Of a stretch of DNA of 64,000 bases, positions 23,295 to 36,400 are shown piece by piece. The notes beneath the pieces were generated by a model. It searched no databases, was not told the origin of the DNA, and worked only from the letters and a program-made list of their open reading frames with translations. A program made the translations under genes and the position numbers. The stretch is taken from assembly GCA_965644315.1 (NCBI GenBank), contig CBFFRQ010000031.1, positions 248,001 through 312,000 of the forward strand, read 5' to 3'. This DNA is from Caecitellus pseudoparvulus (lineage: Eukaryota; Protista; Bigyra: Bicosoecida). The first letter of the stretch is position 1, and each line of letters opens with the position of its first letter.

Positions 23295-23766
23295 CCTTGC
23301 CGCACCAGGGAGCTGCGTAAGAGCTGCACGGGACCCGACAGGACTCTTCGTGCTCAGCACTGCAGGAGGTCAACAGAAAGCCTGGCGCCTTGGCAAACAG
23401 CGCACAGTACTGCCTTGTCGCTCGAGCTTGCGGTGAAGAAGGTGCACCAGGGCGCCCTTGGGGCTTGGTTGGGTGAAAAGGATTTGTGCAAAGAGCAACT
23501 ACAATAGGTTCTGATCATGAATCAAGTCCAGGTGGACTGACTGCTGACTTCTTTCGTCGACCAGCTTCGCCAAAACTAGAGATCTGGATACAAATGTGCC
23601 TGAATGGAAAAACACACCACCCCAGGGGCAGAGGACATCCCATCCAGCGCCCCAGAGCCACAGCACTGTGTTGGGGACTGAGTTCGCACTGTACACCGCT
23701 TCCAGGCAGTGCGGGCGACAGCGCCAGACCCTGGTCTGAGTGCAAGGGGGAGCAAGCCGCGGCAGA

Positions 23767-25399
23767 ATGGCACTGCCGTCTTCCACCGCGAGCTATGCAC
23801 CGTCGACGGTGCCTGCAACTCGGAAGTATCGGGATGCCGCAGCGTCTGGGACGATGACTGGACCAAACATCATGTTTGACAGCAGAGTGCGGCGAGGCAG
23901 CACACTTGCCTCCACGAAGGGCGCCCAGGCGTCTGGAGGTCCTGGGACGCAGACACAAGGCGACTCCAGGCGAAGAAAGAGGGTGTCTGCAAACCCCTTC
24001 AAGGCAACTGCTAAGCCGCTCTACCGTGCGTGTCTCTGCCTGAGAGAGCGGGTGGGGCAGCTTGCTTCCAGTTTCCGCACGCGACCTCAGCTCGACAGGC
24101 TGCCGACGTCCGCTCCCTGTGTCGCCGCTCGCAGATGAGGAGCTGGACCTGGCGCCTTTTTTATTGGAGCAGGAAGAGACGAAGTTGGTGTCGGACGTGA
24201 CGACTCAGACAGATGCCTTCACAGCCCAGACACCTCGGCAGCCCTACGTGCCAGCCAAGACTGGCGTGGACGCTGGCACACAAATCGAACAGGGCGAGTT
24301 ATTCGATTTTGACGTGGAGGTGGAGCCGCTCCTGGGGGTCATCGTCGGCAAGACGCTGGAGCAGGGGTTGCTGGAAGTGCTTGAGGAGCAGGAGCTCGCA
24401 GCCCTGCAGCTCAGCCGGCACGAAGCCCACCTCGCCGACGAGGCGGAGGCGAAGGCTATCGCCGAGCTGGAAAGGGCAGCCATTGAACGGCAGGCCCAAG
24501 CGGCAGCTGCTCTGGCTCAGGCACGTGCGCGGGCTCGGCGGGAGGCCCAGGCCATCCGCAAGGTGGCTGCATTCGCTGCTGCGAAACAGGTGGTGCGCGT
24601 GTCCTGTGCTGCCGCTGTCAGCCACCTGCAAGTGCAAGGCCGCTTCCACAACGCAGAAGAGGAGGCAGCACAAGCCTGGATGGACAAGGTGCTGCTGCCC
24701 GCGGCTCTACAGCGCTTGCAGCGACATGAAGTCGCAGATCGCATCGTGTCGGGGGTCGTGGCTTCTGCATGCGCTGCTCACCGTGGCGCCCAGGCGGCGC
24801 ACAAAGCAGCCCTTGCAGCTGCTGCAGAGGCAGAGGCTGCCGCAGTCCGCATGAAGGAGCTCCGGCGCAAGTACTTCTTGAAGGTCACCGTGCACCCGCC
24901 CCGGGACCTACTGGCTGACCGGACACTGCAGGCCCGGCTTGCAGCTGCAGCCATTGGCGCAGACCCGGACGACGTGGACAGCGTTCCCAGCGACGCAGAG
25001 GAAGGGGAAGACGAGGAGGGCGCGCCCTCCACACGCCCCGTCCCAGCAGTCATCGGCCCTTTCCCCATCGCCCGCATCGACACGGTGGCCGACGTCACGC
25101 AGCGCATCCACGACGCTGCAGACGCCCTGCTCCTGAGAGCCATCAAGGCAGCTCGCGTGGCAGCTGGGCTGGAAGAGGAGCCTGAGGAGGAGGATGAGGC
25201 AGCAGGTGAGGAGGAGGAGGAGCCCCTGCCGCAAGGCAGCATCCTGTGGATGCGCCACACGCGGCTGCAGCTGACGTTCCAGGGCCAGCCCCTGCCACCC
25301 ACAGCGAACCTGAACGACTACAGCCCGGAGGAACTGCTGGCTGGCTTGGGCGTGGAGACGTTCGTGGCAGCGGCAGCGGCAGGCGGTGTTCAGCCGTGA
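23767..25399 (+). CDS. RSP3: Flagellar radial spoke protein 3 with a C-terminal extension (1 intron)
   Basis: NIMFDSRVRRGST; TQTDAF...PAKTGVDAGTQIEQGELFDFDVEVEPLLGVIVGKTLEQGLLEVLEEQEL. Confidence 0.88.
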
Positions 25400-25435
25400 G
25401 CAATGCAAGTTCCGCGGGACAGGCGCAGCATGCAT

Positions 25436-26851
25436 TCACATCGCTTCCTCTGCCTCGGCAAGCGCTGTCAGGCGTTCCCAAGGCACGTCGGCGAAGGTTG
25501 TGCGGCCTTCCTTCATCTCTGCGATGGCGGGGTCCTGCTTGCGCTGCATGCGGTCCACACAGCTGGGGCAAAACCACGTGCCATCGACGGCATGCTTCAA
25601 ATTCACGCAAGGCAGGTGGAACCACTCATACTCGCACTCCTCGTTGTCGCAGCCAATCATCTGGCCAATGGCCACCCGTCGGCAGACACAGAACACCTCC
25701 TGGTCTGCCGTCAGTGGCTTGCCGTGGGCGTCGTGTGTTGGCTGGACGGCGGCAGCCGCTGCAGCGGCTGCCGCCGCGTCAGACGCACTGACTGCTCGCA
25801 GGGCTTGCTCGGAGAGGGCTGAGGAGCCCTGCAAGGCGGAGGCGCAGGGGGCGGGGGGTGAGTGCGGAGTGGAGCAGCGGCAGGGAGGGCGGCGCAGTAC
25901 ACGCACCCGAGCCATGGAGTTGGCCAACAGTGCGTGTTGCTCCAGCACAGCCTGGTTAGCGGCGGAGCTGGAGGTCATGGACAGCATGTTGGCAGCCACG
26001 CCAGCAAGGCTGGCAGCGCCATGCATGCCAGTCCCGCTCAGGTCCGCCAAGGAGCCTTGCGGCAGGCCCAGGCTGGACACGCCTGTGCTGGCTTGCCGGG
26101 TGCTGCCGGGTACAGCTGCGGACTCGGCCCCGACGCTGAAGTTTCGAGCCAAGGCAGGCGTGTCCCCGCCCGTCAGGTCCTCGTCCAAGTCAACATCGTC
26201 TTCGTACTGTCCGTCGTTCCACTTGCCAGAGGCGCGCAGCTCTTGCTGGTAGCGCTCCATGAAGGTCTCTGCAAACGGCCGCCGAGGTGGCAGTGCAGAG
26301 CTCCAGCCAACAGCGGTAGGGTGCCTCCTGTGCGATACTCAAGCGCCCAACTCACCCAGCTTGGTCAGGGCATCCTGCACCATCTCCGCTGTGCGGGTGG
26401 CCACCTTCACCTTCTCCTCGCTCTTTGACAGCGCTTCTTCGTGCTGTGCGAAACAGGGGCCGTGAGGGGCGGCATGCGAACAGCGCCAGGTGGCAATGGT
26501 GTGCAGGGCCCGCGCACCATCGCCTCAATCTTCGCCAGCTCCTCTGCATCCGCTGTCACGCTTTGCAGCTCTTCCCCTGAGGCCGCCTTTCCCTTTTGAG
26601 CCTTGACCCTCTCCTTGAGCCCGGCAAGGTACGAGATGTGCATGCCTTTCAACGCTTCCAGCTGGCCATGGGAGCCCTGCAGCGCAAGGCGAAGGAAGAA
26701 GGGCTCGGGAGTTTCAAAGCCGCCGTCACATGAAACGCTGCCGGGACAGCCTCACCTCGTCCAGCTTCCCGATGAGATCCAGGTCACGCCGCACTGTACC
26801 TGCGATGACATTCAACTCGTCCACGTAGTCTTCCACTTCGCCACTCGCCAT
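25436..26851 (-). CDS. Inhibitor-of-growth (ING) family PHD-finger chromatin protein (4 introns)
   Basis: N-terminal VEDYVDELNVIAGTVRRDLDLIGKLDE and ALSKSEEKVKVA; PHD finger FCVCRRVAIGQMIGCDNEECEYEWFHLPCVNL...WFCPSC. Confidence 0.88.
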
Positions 26852-27408
26852 GGCGTGTCGCCTCTCCGGTCGTGTGGAAGCGACTTGACTGGCTCGGCAC
26901 TTCCAGAACTTGGGACAGGCTGGGCAGCGACAACACACCAGCACGCGGCAGCTGCCAGGCACGCGCTCATCAGCCTGCAATGTTCGTTTATTTGATTGTG
27001 ACACCTCCCTGCGATTTCACAGGGTGCGGGCTTCCCTGACAGCAGCCCGTGCAGGGAGGCGGTGCAGAGGTTCAAGCCAGCCGTTCGCCCCAATGGCGGC
27101 GCCACAGCCGAGCCAGCCCACCGTGGATCATATCATGCAGTACTGTGCATCTCGTGGGACTTCATCCATGCACTCGAGGCAGCGCTCTCAGGAAGGCGCA
27201 TGACAGCAATCGCCTGACGATGCCTCAAGACTCACTGGGCAACTCAGTCCAAACCTCAAGCTCAGCACCAAAGCGTTGCGTACCAGAACGGACGCAAAAT
27301 ACGCCCACACGTTGCCTCCGCCTACCAAAGGCGCCTGAGGAGCTCTTGGCCCCGGCCCCCGTCCTTCGGCGTGGTGCGGAAATCGATTGCAGCAGCGACT
27401 GGTCGAGA

Positions 27409-29154
27409 ATGCCGGACCCACAGACTGCAGCGCTGGACACAGGAATGATCATGATGCTGCTGCCAGGAGTGTGCATTCTAGGGGCGATTTACGCTGCGTC
27501 ACAGCTGCATGCCTGCTCGCAGCGGCAGCCAGGCGCTGCCGTTGAACCTGTGAAGCGACGATCGCACGGCATCCAGCTGCAAGCGCGCAGCAGCCTGCTG
27601 GACACGCAGGGCAGCCTGCTCTTTGCCTGGACGGTACGAAGAGCACTGCGACCTTGACCGAGCGCCCCCTGTGCACCTTGCCCACCCCTCTCCGCCCCCC
27701 GCGCACAGCACCCCGACGGCATGAGCTTGATGGACCAAAACGTTGCCCTCGGCTGGATCAACCTCATCTTCATCCTGGGCACGGTGTCTGTTGTGGGAGA
27801 GGGCGTGCTGAACTACTTCCGCACCGGCACAGTGTACACACCTGCGGAAGGCGACCTCCTGCACATCATTTTCTGCCGCAGCGTGGAGCTGCTCCTGCCT
27901 GTCTCGGGCATCACCTGCGTCTTCCTCCTTGCCTGGCCAGCCCAGGCCTGGCTCGTTGCCGGCCGCGAATGGGGCACGTGGCAGCGGTGTGTGCAGTATG
28001 CGCTGACCTTGGGCCTGTTCTGCGGCGCCGTGGCCTTCACTCGATCTCAGGCAGGGGAGCACTTCCCCTTCACACACAAGGCGGGCCTGCTCATGCACGC
28101 GTCTGTGCTGGCCATGAAGCTGCACAGCTACATGGAGGTGAACCGGGCACTGGCTATGCGCAAAGCTGGCAAGTGGCAGCCCCGCCTGCAGGCGTCTGGT
28201 CCGGCACCAGCGCCGGCTTCCCCCCCTCGGGCCCGCAGCGCTGCGCGAAAGCGGGGAGGGCGGGGCAGGAGGCAGGCAGTTGCAGCCCCACCAAGTGAAC
28301 CGCAGCGCCCTGATGTGACCGAGAGCGCCGACCGCATTTTCCTGGCTTTCACGTATCAAGATGCAAGCTGGCTGGATGCGGCAGGCCAGGCTGCCGCCGA
28401 GGATGGGGATGCGCCACTCATCGCCGCGTACCCTGCAAACTTGACGCTGCATGACTTCCTCACGTTCATGTGCATGCCGACACTCGTGTACTCGCCAAGG
28501 TACCCTCGCACGCGTCAGGTGAGGTGGGGCTACGTCGTGGAGAAGGCGCTGCTGGCACTGCTGGGGGTGCTGTTTTGCATTGTGCTCACTGGCAGGTACA
28601 TCGGGCCCACCTTGCAGCAAGCAGCGGACATGCATCCCGCCGAGGCAGTGGTGGCGACGATTGTGCCGTTCTGCATCATGTGGCTGCTCTTCTTCTTCAT
28701 CGTCTTTGAGTGCGTGTGCAACGCATGGGCGGAGCTGACACGTTTTGGCGACCGGCACTTCTACGACGAGTGGTGGAACTCCACCTCCTTCACTCAATTC
28801 GCCAGGACGTGGAACCGCCCTGTGCATGAGTGGCTCCTGAGCCACGTGTACCTGGCAGCCCAGGAGTGGGGCCTGCACCCTCGCTTGGCAGTTTACCTGA
28901 CCTTTGCCGTGTCCATCGTGGCGCATGAAGGTATCATTAACGGCATGTTCGGCTTCATCTCGCCCTGGCTCCTGCTGTTTTCTTGCTTCCAGTTCCCCCT
29001 CATGTCTCTTATGCGCTCCAGCATCTTCAAGGGCAAGCACCTCGGCAACCTGACGTTTTGGGTCGGCCTCATTCTCGGCGTGCCTCTCATCTCCCTCCTC
29101 TACAGCCGAGAGTTCTGCCTGCGGCACCCCCACCACTGCGGCACTGCTCAATAA
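27409..29154 (+). CDS. MBOAT sterol/diacylglycerol O-acyltransferase (SOAT/DGAT1 family; intron 27634-27708)
   Basis: MKLHSY, YPANLT..FLTFMCMPTLVY..YPRT, AELTRFGDRHFYDEWWNS, WNRPVHEWL, catalytic HE. Confidence 0.9.
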
Positions 29155-29186
29155 GCAATGCACTATGATCGCTGGCTGCTCTCTGC

Positions 29187-31369
29187 TCAGCGCCCGTCTT
29201 GGAACTCGGCGGGGTTGTACCGAGGCTTGACTGCGGCGTGCCCGCTGGTGCCGACGAATGCACAGCGGGGGACGAGGGGGGCTCGGGTGGTTGACTGCGG
29301 GGCAGGGGGTTTCCGCAGCGCCGAGTCTGGTTTGCCCATCAGCTCATGTTGCTCAATGTGGGCGTGGCGCGACACAGCGTACGTCGCTTTGCGAGCTGTG
29401 CGGGTGGCCTCTGTCATGGCCGAGTGCAGGGCGAGGGAGGGGGTGGCGTCCACCCGCTCGCCTTGCCCGGGCCCTTCCTGCGCGTGGGGAGCCCCGCCCC
29501 GCTGACTGGCGCGGCCCCCTGACACAGACGCCTGCAAGGCTTCATTCTTCACGAAGCGGTGGCGCTTCCCAGCACCCCCTTTGGCAGGGGGATGGGGGCC
29601 AGAGGCACCACCCTGCCAAACCCCACGACGGGCTGCAGCGTGGGTTGCCGCCGCAGCCACCGCACGAGGGGGCAGAGCGGCCGCTGCAGACACAGCCGGT
29701 GGGCGTGCACCGCCCCGCTCGGCTGGGGGTGGGGAGATCATCCGGCGGTGAGGTGTGTGGCGACTTGCTGCGGCTCGTACAGCTGCGGAAGAGCCCCCCT
29801 GTGTCCGGAAAGCGGCCTGGGCTGCCTCCAGGGCGCCGGCATCCAGAGCCAAGGACTCGCTTGCGCGCGTCGGCGAGTGATGCTCTTTGCCCTCTGCCAC
29901 AGACCCAGGCCGGTGGGGGGACCAGGCTGACAGAGTCGCTCCACGGAGCTGGGGCGCCGCGGACCCCCGCCCTGGGCTGGGCCGGTGAGGGACACCCTGA
30001 GCGTCCTTCTGCGCAGAAGCTCGCCGTGCTTGCTCGACTGCGAGGGCCTTGCGTTCGTCTTCGGCTGCCAGGGCTTGGGCCAAGTCACGTGGCGGGCGGT
30101 GGTACCACGAGCGTGGGTCGCTGTCCAGGGTGGAGGCAGCGGCAGACTTGCGCGTCTCACCCTGTCGGACGCGGCGTGCAAGCTCAGGCGGGTCAGCGAC
30201 GGCCTCGCTGACAGGCAGTGAGCGCGCAGCGAAGGGGTGCCCGAGCTGCTCCTCTGAAAACACTGACGTTGCCGAGCGAGCAGAGTCTCCGGCCGCCTCC
30301 GCATCACTGCTTGTAGCCTGGCCGGCGGCGCCATGCTCCTGGCTCTCCCACGCACTGCCATCTTCAATTGACCCATGGCCACTTGCTTGTGGCCTGGTGC
30401 TGGGTTCGGAGTGCTGAGCTGGGGCTGGCGATGGTGGAGCCGATCGCGGCACTGGGTCCACAAGCAGTTGCTCGACATCCGTGTCTCCGCGCAGAAGCGC
30501 CGCCGCAGCCTCCTGCACGGAAGCCATGTTTGCCTGCAGTAGACGCTGCACGCCGCCAGCGATGTCCTGGCACCGCTGGCGAGCAGCATCACGTTCTCGC
30601 AACGCAGCATCCTTCTCGGCAGTCAATGCTTGCAGCTGTTTGCAGGCAGTGGCCGCAGCTGCGGCCATCTCTGCCTGGTGCCTCTGAGTGCTGGTGTGGT
30701 TCTGAGCCTCCATCTTGGAGCGGAAGAATTCTTGGGACATGGCAGTGAATGCTTGCCGGGTAAGCCTCTGAGCAGGTGCAACGGTCGTGCGTGTGCTGGT
30801 CAGGCTTGGCGAGGCTCTCTTGCTGTTCGCGACGCACCGTGTCAAAATGTCGCTGGGCAATCCGCAGCTTCCGCCTGCCAGCCTTCTGCTTTTGACTTCC
30901 CTCCTTCCACGCAGCGAAAATCTGGCCCTTCACGCTTGCGTTTCGCTGCAGAAACGCGGAGGCACGAGAGTGACACGCAATACAAACGGCGACATAGACT
31001 GCGCACACTCACCGCCTGCTCCCTGGAAGCATGCAGCAATCCCAGAGCCTGGTGCAAGATGCCCATTACCCGCTCTGTGTCCATGCGGGCTGCCTTTGCC
31101 GCCGCTTTTGCCTCTGCCGTTGCGCTGGAAGCGGCCCGCAGCTGGCTGGCGTGCTCGTCCAGCAGCTCTTGTCGCTGGCTGGCCAACGCCTGCGCCTGCT
31201 CGCCTTGCCACTCCTCCAGCAGTGACTGCAGTCGAAACTGGGCAGCCGCCATGATGCCTTGCACCTGCTCTTGCCGCTGCGCTGACTGGCTGGCCGGCTG
31301 GCTTGCTTGGGCGGCGTCTGCCTGGCCGCCTTCGTCAGGGCTGACTGCTGCGGTCGACTCCGAAGACAT
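29187..31369 (-). CDS. Coiled-coil protein with Sfi1-like repeats, possibly POC5-like (2 introns)
   Basis: Spliced exons give KGQIFAAWK...KLRIAQRHFDT|RLTRQAFTAM between coiled coils, then a long disordered tail. Confidence 0.5.
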
Positions 31370-31673
31370 GGTGGGCGATGAGCAGACGTGTAAAGGCGCG
31401 CAGGGTGAGGTGGCATCAGATCCCTCGCTCACGAAGCTTGTCGTTGCCGCGGGTGGTGAGTGTCTGCATGCGTTTGTGTGTCTGTCGAGGCCGTTGGGCC
31501 AGCCTTGCCACCCCCCCCACACACCCCCCCCGCCCAGATTGCCCTCACTCCTGGTGCTGTCGTCTTTTGTCGACATGAACCAAATTTCCGTAACCTCACA
31601 TACTCTCAATCCTCCGGCCTCTGCGTCCTGCTGTCGAGTTGTCTCACCGGTACACCACACCTGCATATCCACC

Positions 31674-32575
31674 ATGGGCATGTACATCTCCAAGTTGCTG
31701 GACGGCGTCCTGAACGGCTTCAAGAAGGAGTCCCGCATCCTTATGGTGAGTCCAATGGCAGTACCTCCCCATGCATGCCAGCGCCTGCGGCTGAGCAGCG
31801 CACTGCCACCACGCGTGGGCGGAAGTGTTGCATTGCCACGCCAAGTCCCACCCGCTTCCACGTGTCCGCACTGCGCCCACTTTCTGCGCAGCTGGGTCTG
31901 GATGCTGCCGGCAAGACCACCATCCTGTACCGCCTCAAGCTGGGTGACAAGGTGTACGTTCCGAGCGCCTTCCGGCGGCAGCGCTGGTGTGCCAGTTGGG
32001 TGGCTTGTTGGCACTCTCTCCTCTACCCTCACCTGCGCACAGGGAGAGCATCCCCACCATCGGCTTCAACGTTGAGCATGTGGAGTACAAGAACATCGAC
32101 ATGACCATGTGGGATGTCGGTGGGCAGACCAAGCTGCGCCACCTGTGGTGAGTTTGCGGGCGTTGCGCGGAAACGGAAGGAGTCTGGACAGCTTCCTTCC
32201 CTCTGCACCCGCCGCCTTCTCTCCGCCTCTCACGCGTTTCCACCCCCCCCCCACAGGCACCACTACTATGAGGGCAGCAACGCCCTCATCTACGTCGTGG
32301 ACTCTGCCGACGTGGACCGTATTGACGAGGCCCGTGAGGAGCTGACCGGTGTCCTGGACTCCGAGTCCTTCCCCAAGGATGCCGCCCTGGTCGTCTTCGC
32401 CAACAAGCAGGACCTGCCCGGTGCCCTGGCCCCCTCTGACATTGCCGAGCGCATGGGCCTGCCCGAGATGCGCGACCGCAAGTGGTACGTGCAGGGGTCC
32501 TGCGCTGCCAACGGTGACGGCCTGTTCGAGGGCCTGGACTGGCTCGCCACCACCGTCAACGAGGCCCAGGCTTAA
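31674..32575 (+). CDS. ADP-ribosylation factor (ARF) family GTPase (3 introns)
   Basis: MG myristoylation start; ILM|[10 protein letters not shown]; IPTIGFNVE; WDVGGQ; FANKQD; [11 protein letters not shown]. Confidence 0.95.
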
Positions 32576-33407
32576 GTTTGCAGCGCGTGGCAGCGCCACT
32601 CCCACAAGTCCATTGTTGGACTTCCCCAAGCCGCTGGTGTGGATGCGGTGACGGGCAGGGGCGGTAGGTGTGCGGCAGGCTTAGCCACCACACACCTGTT
32701 GCCTCTCGCCCGAGGTCGCCCGCCGTACTCCGGCTTGGGAGCGGGAGTTGACGTGCTGGCCAGGCCTTGCATGCCAAGCCTTCTTGTGTCTATGTCGGTG
32801 CACTCTCCCGCCTCTGACCGGGGTGAACGTTGCGGCCAGTGTGTGTGCTTCTCTCTCTTGTCGGCCTCCCCCAAAACAAAAGTTGCGATTCGCCAACTTG
32901 CCACGGAATGGGGCGGCCGCGTGGAGGGGTGCGTGTGGGACTATCGGCGATCAGGGCTAGCTCTTCTGGCTACTTCTGACGCCGCTGCTCGTGCGGGCCC
33001 TTTGTGAAGCAACAGCCTCTTGCAATGCATCGTCCAAGGGAGCTGACCCCCTTCAACCCCAATCGCTGCACCCCCCCCCGCCACGTCACCCCAGGCTGGC
33101 ACGGGCTTGGGGCCAGGGGGAGGATCAAAAATGACTCCCCTGACCCACGGAGCCGCTACCTGTCCAAATCCAGGGCAGGGCAACCCCGTGGCGTGGCAGT
33201 TGTGTTGGTGGCACCTCTCGTCGCTGCGCGACACTCCGCCACTTGCCCCGCTTCGCAAGCTAGGAGGTGCAGGCGCAGCTTGCCCGGATAGCTCTGCAAG
33301 GAGGGTGGAGGCAGTGCACAAAGCACGTCATTTGCCGCTCCTGACCGCTCCAAGGCGCCGACCGCAGTGTAGTTGACATAGGGAAGCGTTCAACGAAACG
33401 TGCTGCC

Positions 33408-36400
33408 ATGCCAACGCACTCAAGTTCAGCAGTCGGCGAAGCGGGCGAGGATGACGGCGGTCTGCGGCGTAAAGGCCCACCAGGCCCACCGCCCCGACGG
33501 GGACCGTCCTCGAGGCCCCACGGGGAGGACGCCGCAGATGCCCCGGCCAGCTCCGGAGCACCTGCAGCCTCAACCTCCGACGAGCCCTCCCAAGCCGAGG
33601 ATTCCAGCGCACTCTCCTCAGCCCCACGGGGAGAGCCGCAAGACAAGCAGCAAGGGAAAGGCATGAAGACGGTGAAGAGTTTCATGCTGCGCAAAGGAAA
33701 GGGCTCGCATGAGTCGGACGAGGGCGACGGCGAGGGTGAACATGCGGGCGCTGACAAAGATGAGAAAGACACGCGGCATCCGGCCATTGCCTGCCTCGTG
33801 GCGCTGGTGGAGAACAAGTACTTCGGAGGCATCATGACCATCATGACGATCTACGCCCTCTTTGGAGATGGTGAGTAGCTCCTGTTCTCTGGCAGTGGGG
33901 CCGCGGAAGGAGCGCTGGCTTGTGCTCTGAGGGTTGCGCTCACTCTCACTTGCTTGCCACCGTACCGAGCCCCAGCGGGCGCGCATTCAAGTGTGGTCTG
34001 CCGGCCTGCGTGTGTGCTGCCATGTTTCAGCTTGTACCACCCGCCCCTTGCTCGCATGGGGAGTGTGTGACCCGTCTGAGGCTGCCTCCGTTGCCGGTTC
34101 ACCCTGTGCCGCAGCGACACACGATCCCGCCTGCCGTTGCCTGCCCGCAGATGTGCGTTTGGCGGCCTTCAGCGTGGATGCAGATGTCGTGTTCTGGTCC
34201 ATCAGCACAGTGGCTTTGGCGCTGTTCGTGACCGAGTTCACCGTCTTCAGCATCGGCAAGCCGGGGTACCTCTTCTCCTTCTACTTCTGGCTGGACCTCG
34301 TGGCCACGCTGTCCCTCATCCCGGACATCGGCTGGATCTGGAACCCCCTCACGAACAGTGATGATAGCAGCGATGTGGGGTCGGCGGATGAAGTCCGGGC
34401 CGGGCGCGCGGCCCGGGCTGGCACCCGCGCCGGCCGCGTCGTGCGCATCGTGCGCCTCATCCGCCTCGTGCGAATCGTGAAGCTGTACAAGCAGTTCGTC
34501 GCCAGCCTGAAGAGTGACGAGGGCACTGGGTCGGCTCAGGTGGTGCCCATGGGCAGCGAGAATGGCCGCTTTGTGCTGGGCGGGGGTGACTCTGCCGTGC
34601 GCGGTGCAGCCGCGGGCTCAGCTGTCGCCAGCAGTGCTGTGGGAAGTCAGGAGCCCCCGCCTGCTGGGGGCAGCAGCTCCTCTTCCTCTTCAGGCCCTGC
34701 CCCTGTGTCCAAGGTCGGCACAGCTCTGTCAGACATGACGACACGGCAGGTCATCCTGCTCATCCTGCTCATGCTGTTCGTGGTGCCGTTCCTGGACTCA
34801 GCGGACATCAGCATCGAAAGCACCGTGCAGGGGGAGAACTTGGTGGCCCTGCACCTCATGCCCCAGACTGACGCCGCCAACGTCTCTGCCAGCGCCTTCC
34901 GCGCGTCCGTGGAGACGTACGCACGGTACACAGGGCGCGTTGCCTTCATGTCAGTGTGCGACGTGGACACGGAGTGCCGGTACACGTGGGCAGATGAGAC
35001 GCTGCACGGGTGGTTGCGGCAGCTGCGATTTGCCGAGGGCGGCTCGGGGGAGCCCCCTGCAGAGGGCGAGCCGGGCGTGGACACCATCTCCGTGAACAAC
35101 TGGAGTGCAGACCTGCTGCACGACAGCCTGGCGGACGCACGCAGCAAGCTCCGCACGTCGGAGCGGTCAGAGTATTCCTACACGGACTGCTTCGAGCCGG
35201 ACGGCACCCGCAGTGAGAACCGCACTGGCTGCGTGACGACTGTCGTGTTTGACAACCGTCACATCACTGTCACGGAAGCCCTCCTGAGCATTGGCAAGAC
35301 TTTCTTCGTCATTCTCGTCATTGGCGCTGGCAGCATGATGTTCACGCAGAATGCGGAGCGGCTGGTGATCCGCCCCATCGAGCGCATGTCCCGCCTCATG
35401 CAGGCCCTGGCCAAGGACCCCCTGCGCAGCATCGACGCCATCCGGGAGGAGGTGCGCCTGGCGGAGCTTGAGGAGGACGAGCGCGCGGAGCTGGAGGAGG
35501 AGGAGCACCGGCAGCACCTGTCCGAGCTTCGCCGCCGCGCGTCCACGTCGTCCCTGTCCAAGTCGGGCTTCAAGTCCATGAAGGCTGTGGACTGGTCCTC
35601 CTCCAAGGGCTCTGGCAAGCTGGGCGTGCCGGGCAAGGAGGAGGCGCCCCCCAAGCCCATGAAGGGCATCGCAGAGGCCAGCCCAGAGGCAGGCACGGGC
35701 GAGGGGGAGGGCTGCCTGGCCATCGTGCAGCACAAGGGGTCCCAGGCGGCCTCTTCCCTGGCCTCCTGCATCTCAGGCGGCAAGAAGAACGCTGCAGACT
35801 CGTACGAGACAGCTCTCCTGGAGAACACCATGCTGAAGATTGGTGGCTTGCTGCAGGTGGGCTTCGGGCAGGCAGGCGGTGAGATCATCCGCAAGAACAT
35901 GCACGGCGCCAAGGACGGCAAGTTGAACCCGTTGGTGAAAGGGTCCAAGATCGACGCCGTGTACGGCTTCTGCGACATCCGGCAGTTCACAGACACGACG
36001 GAGTGCTTGCAGGAGGACGTGATGGTGTTCGTGAACCAGATCGGGCAGATCGTGCACTCGTCCACGCACCGCTTGGAAGGCGCCGCGAACAAGAACATTG
36101 GCGACGCTTTCCTGCTCACGTGGAAGCTGCCCCGGGTCTCCAGCCGCAAGCACAAGGTGGCGGACCCCACCGCCACCAACCGCCGGGGGGCTCGCGCGGG
36201 GGACGCCAAGGCCGCCTCCCCACGCGTCGTGCCACACCCAGGCACGTCCCTGGACTCGCCAGCCCTGGATTCGTCTCCGGCCCTGGGCACGCCGAAGCTG
36301 CTGCCGCCCATTAGTGGTGGGGAGGAAGGCTCCACGACAGTGCCCCCTCCGCTGCGGGTGCCCACCCCCAGCGACGAGGAGGAGGCGGAGGAAGGCGGGT

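Noticed and set aside
26852-27408. Short ORFs between ING and MBOAT (26910-27203 and the 5' part of 27049-27657)
   Set aside because: No motifs or convincing splice pattern; more simply a divergent promoter region, although a longer MBOAT N-terminus cannot be excluded.
33140-33185. ACCTG...GCAGGG stretch as a TPP riboswitch
   Set aside because: It lacks the CUGAGA motif and a proper P5/UAAU loop.
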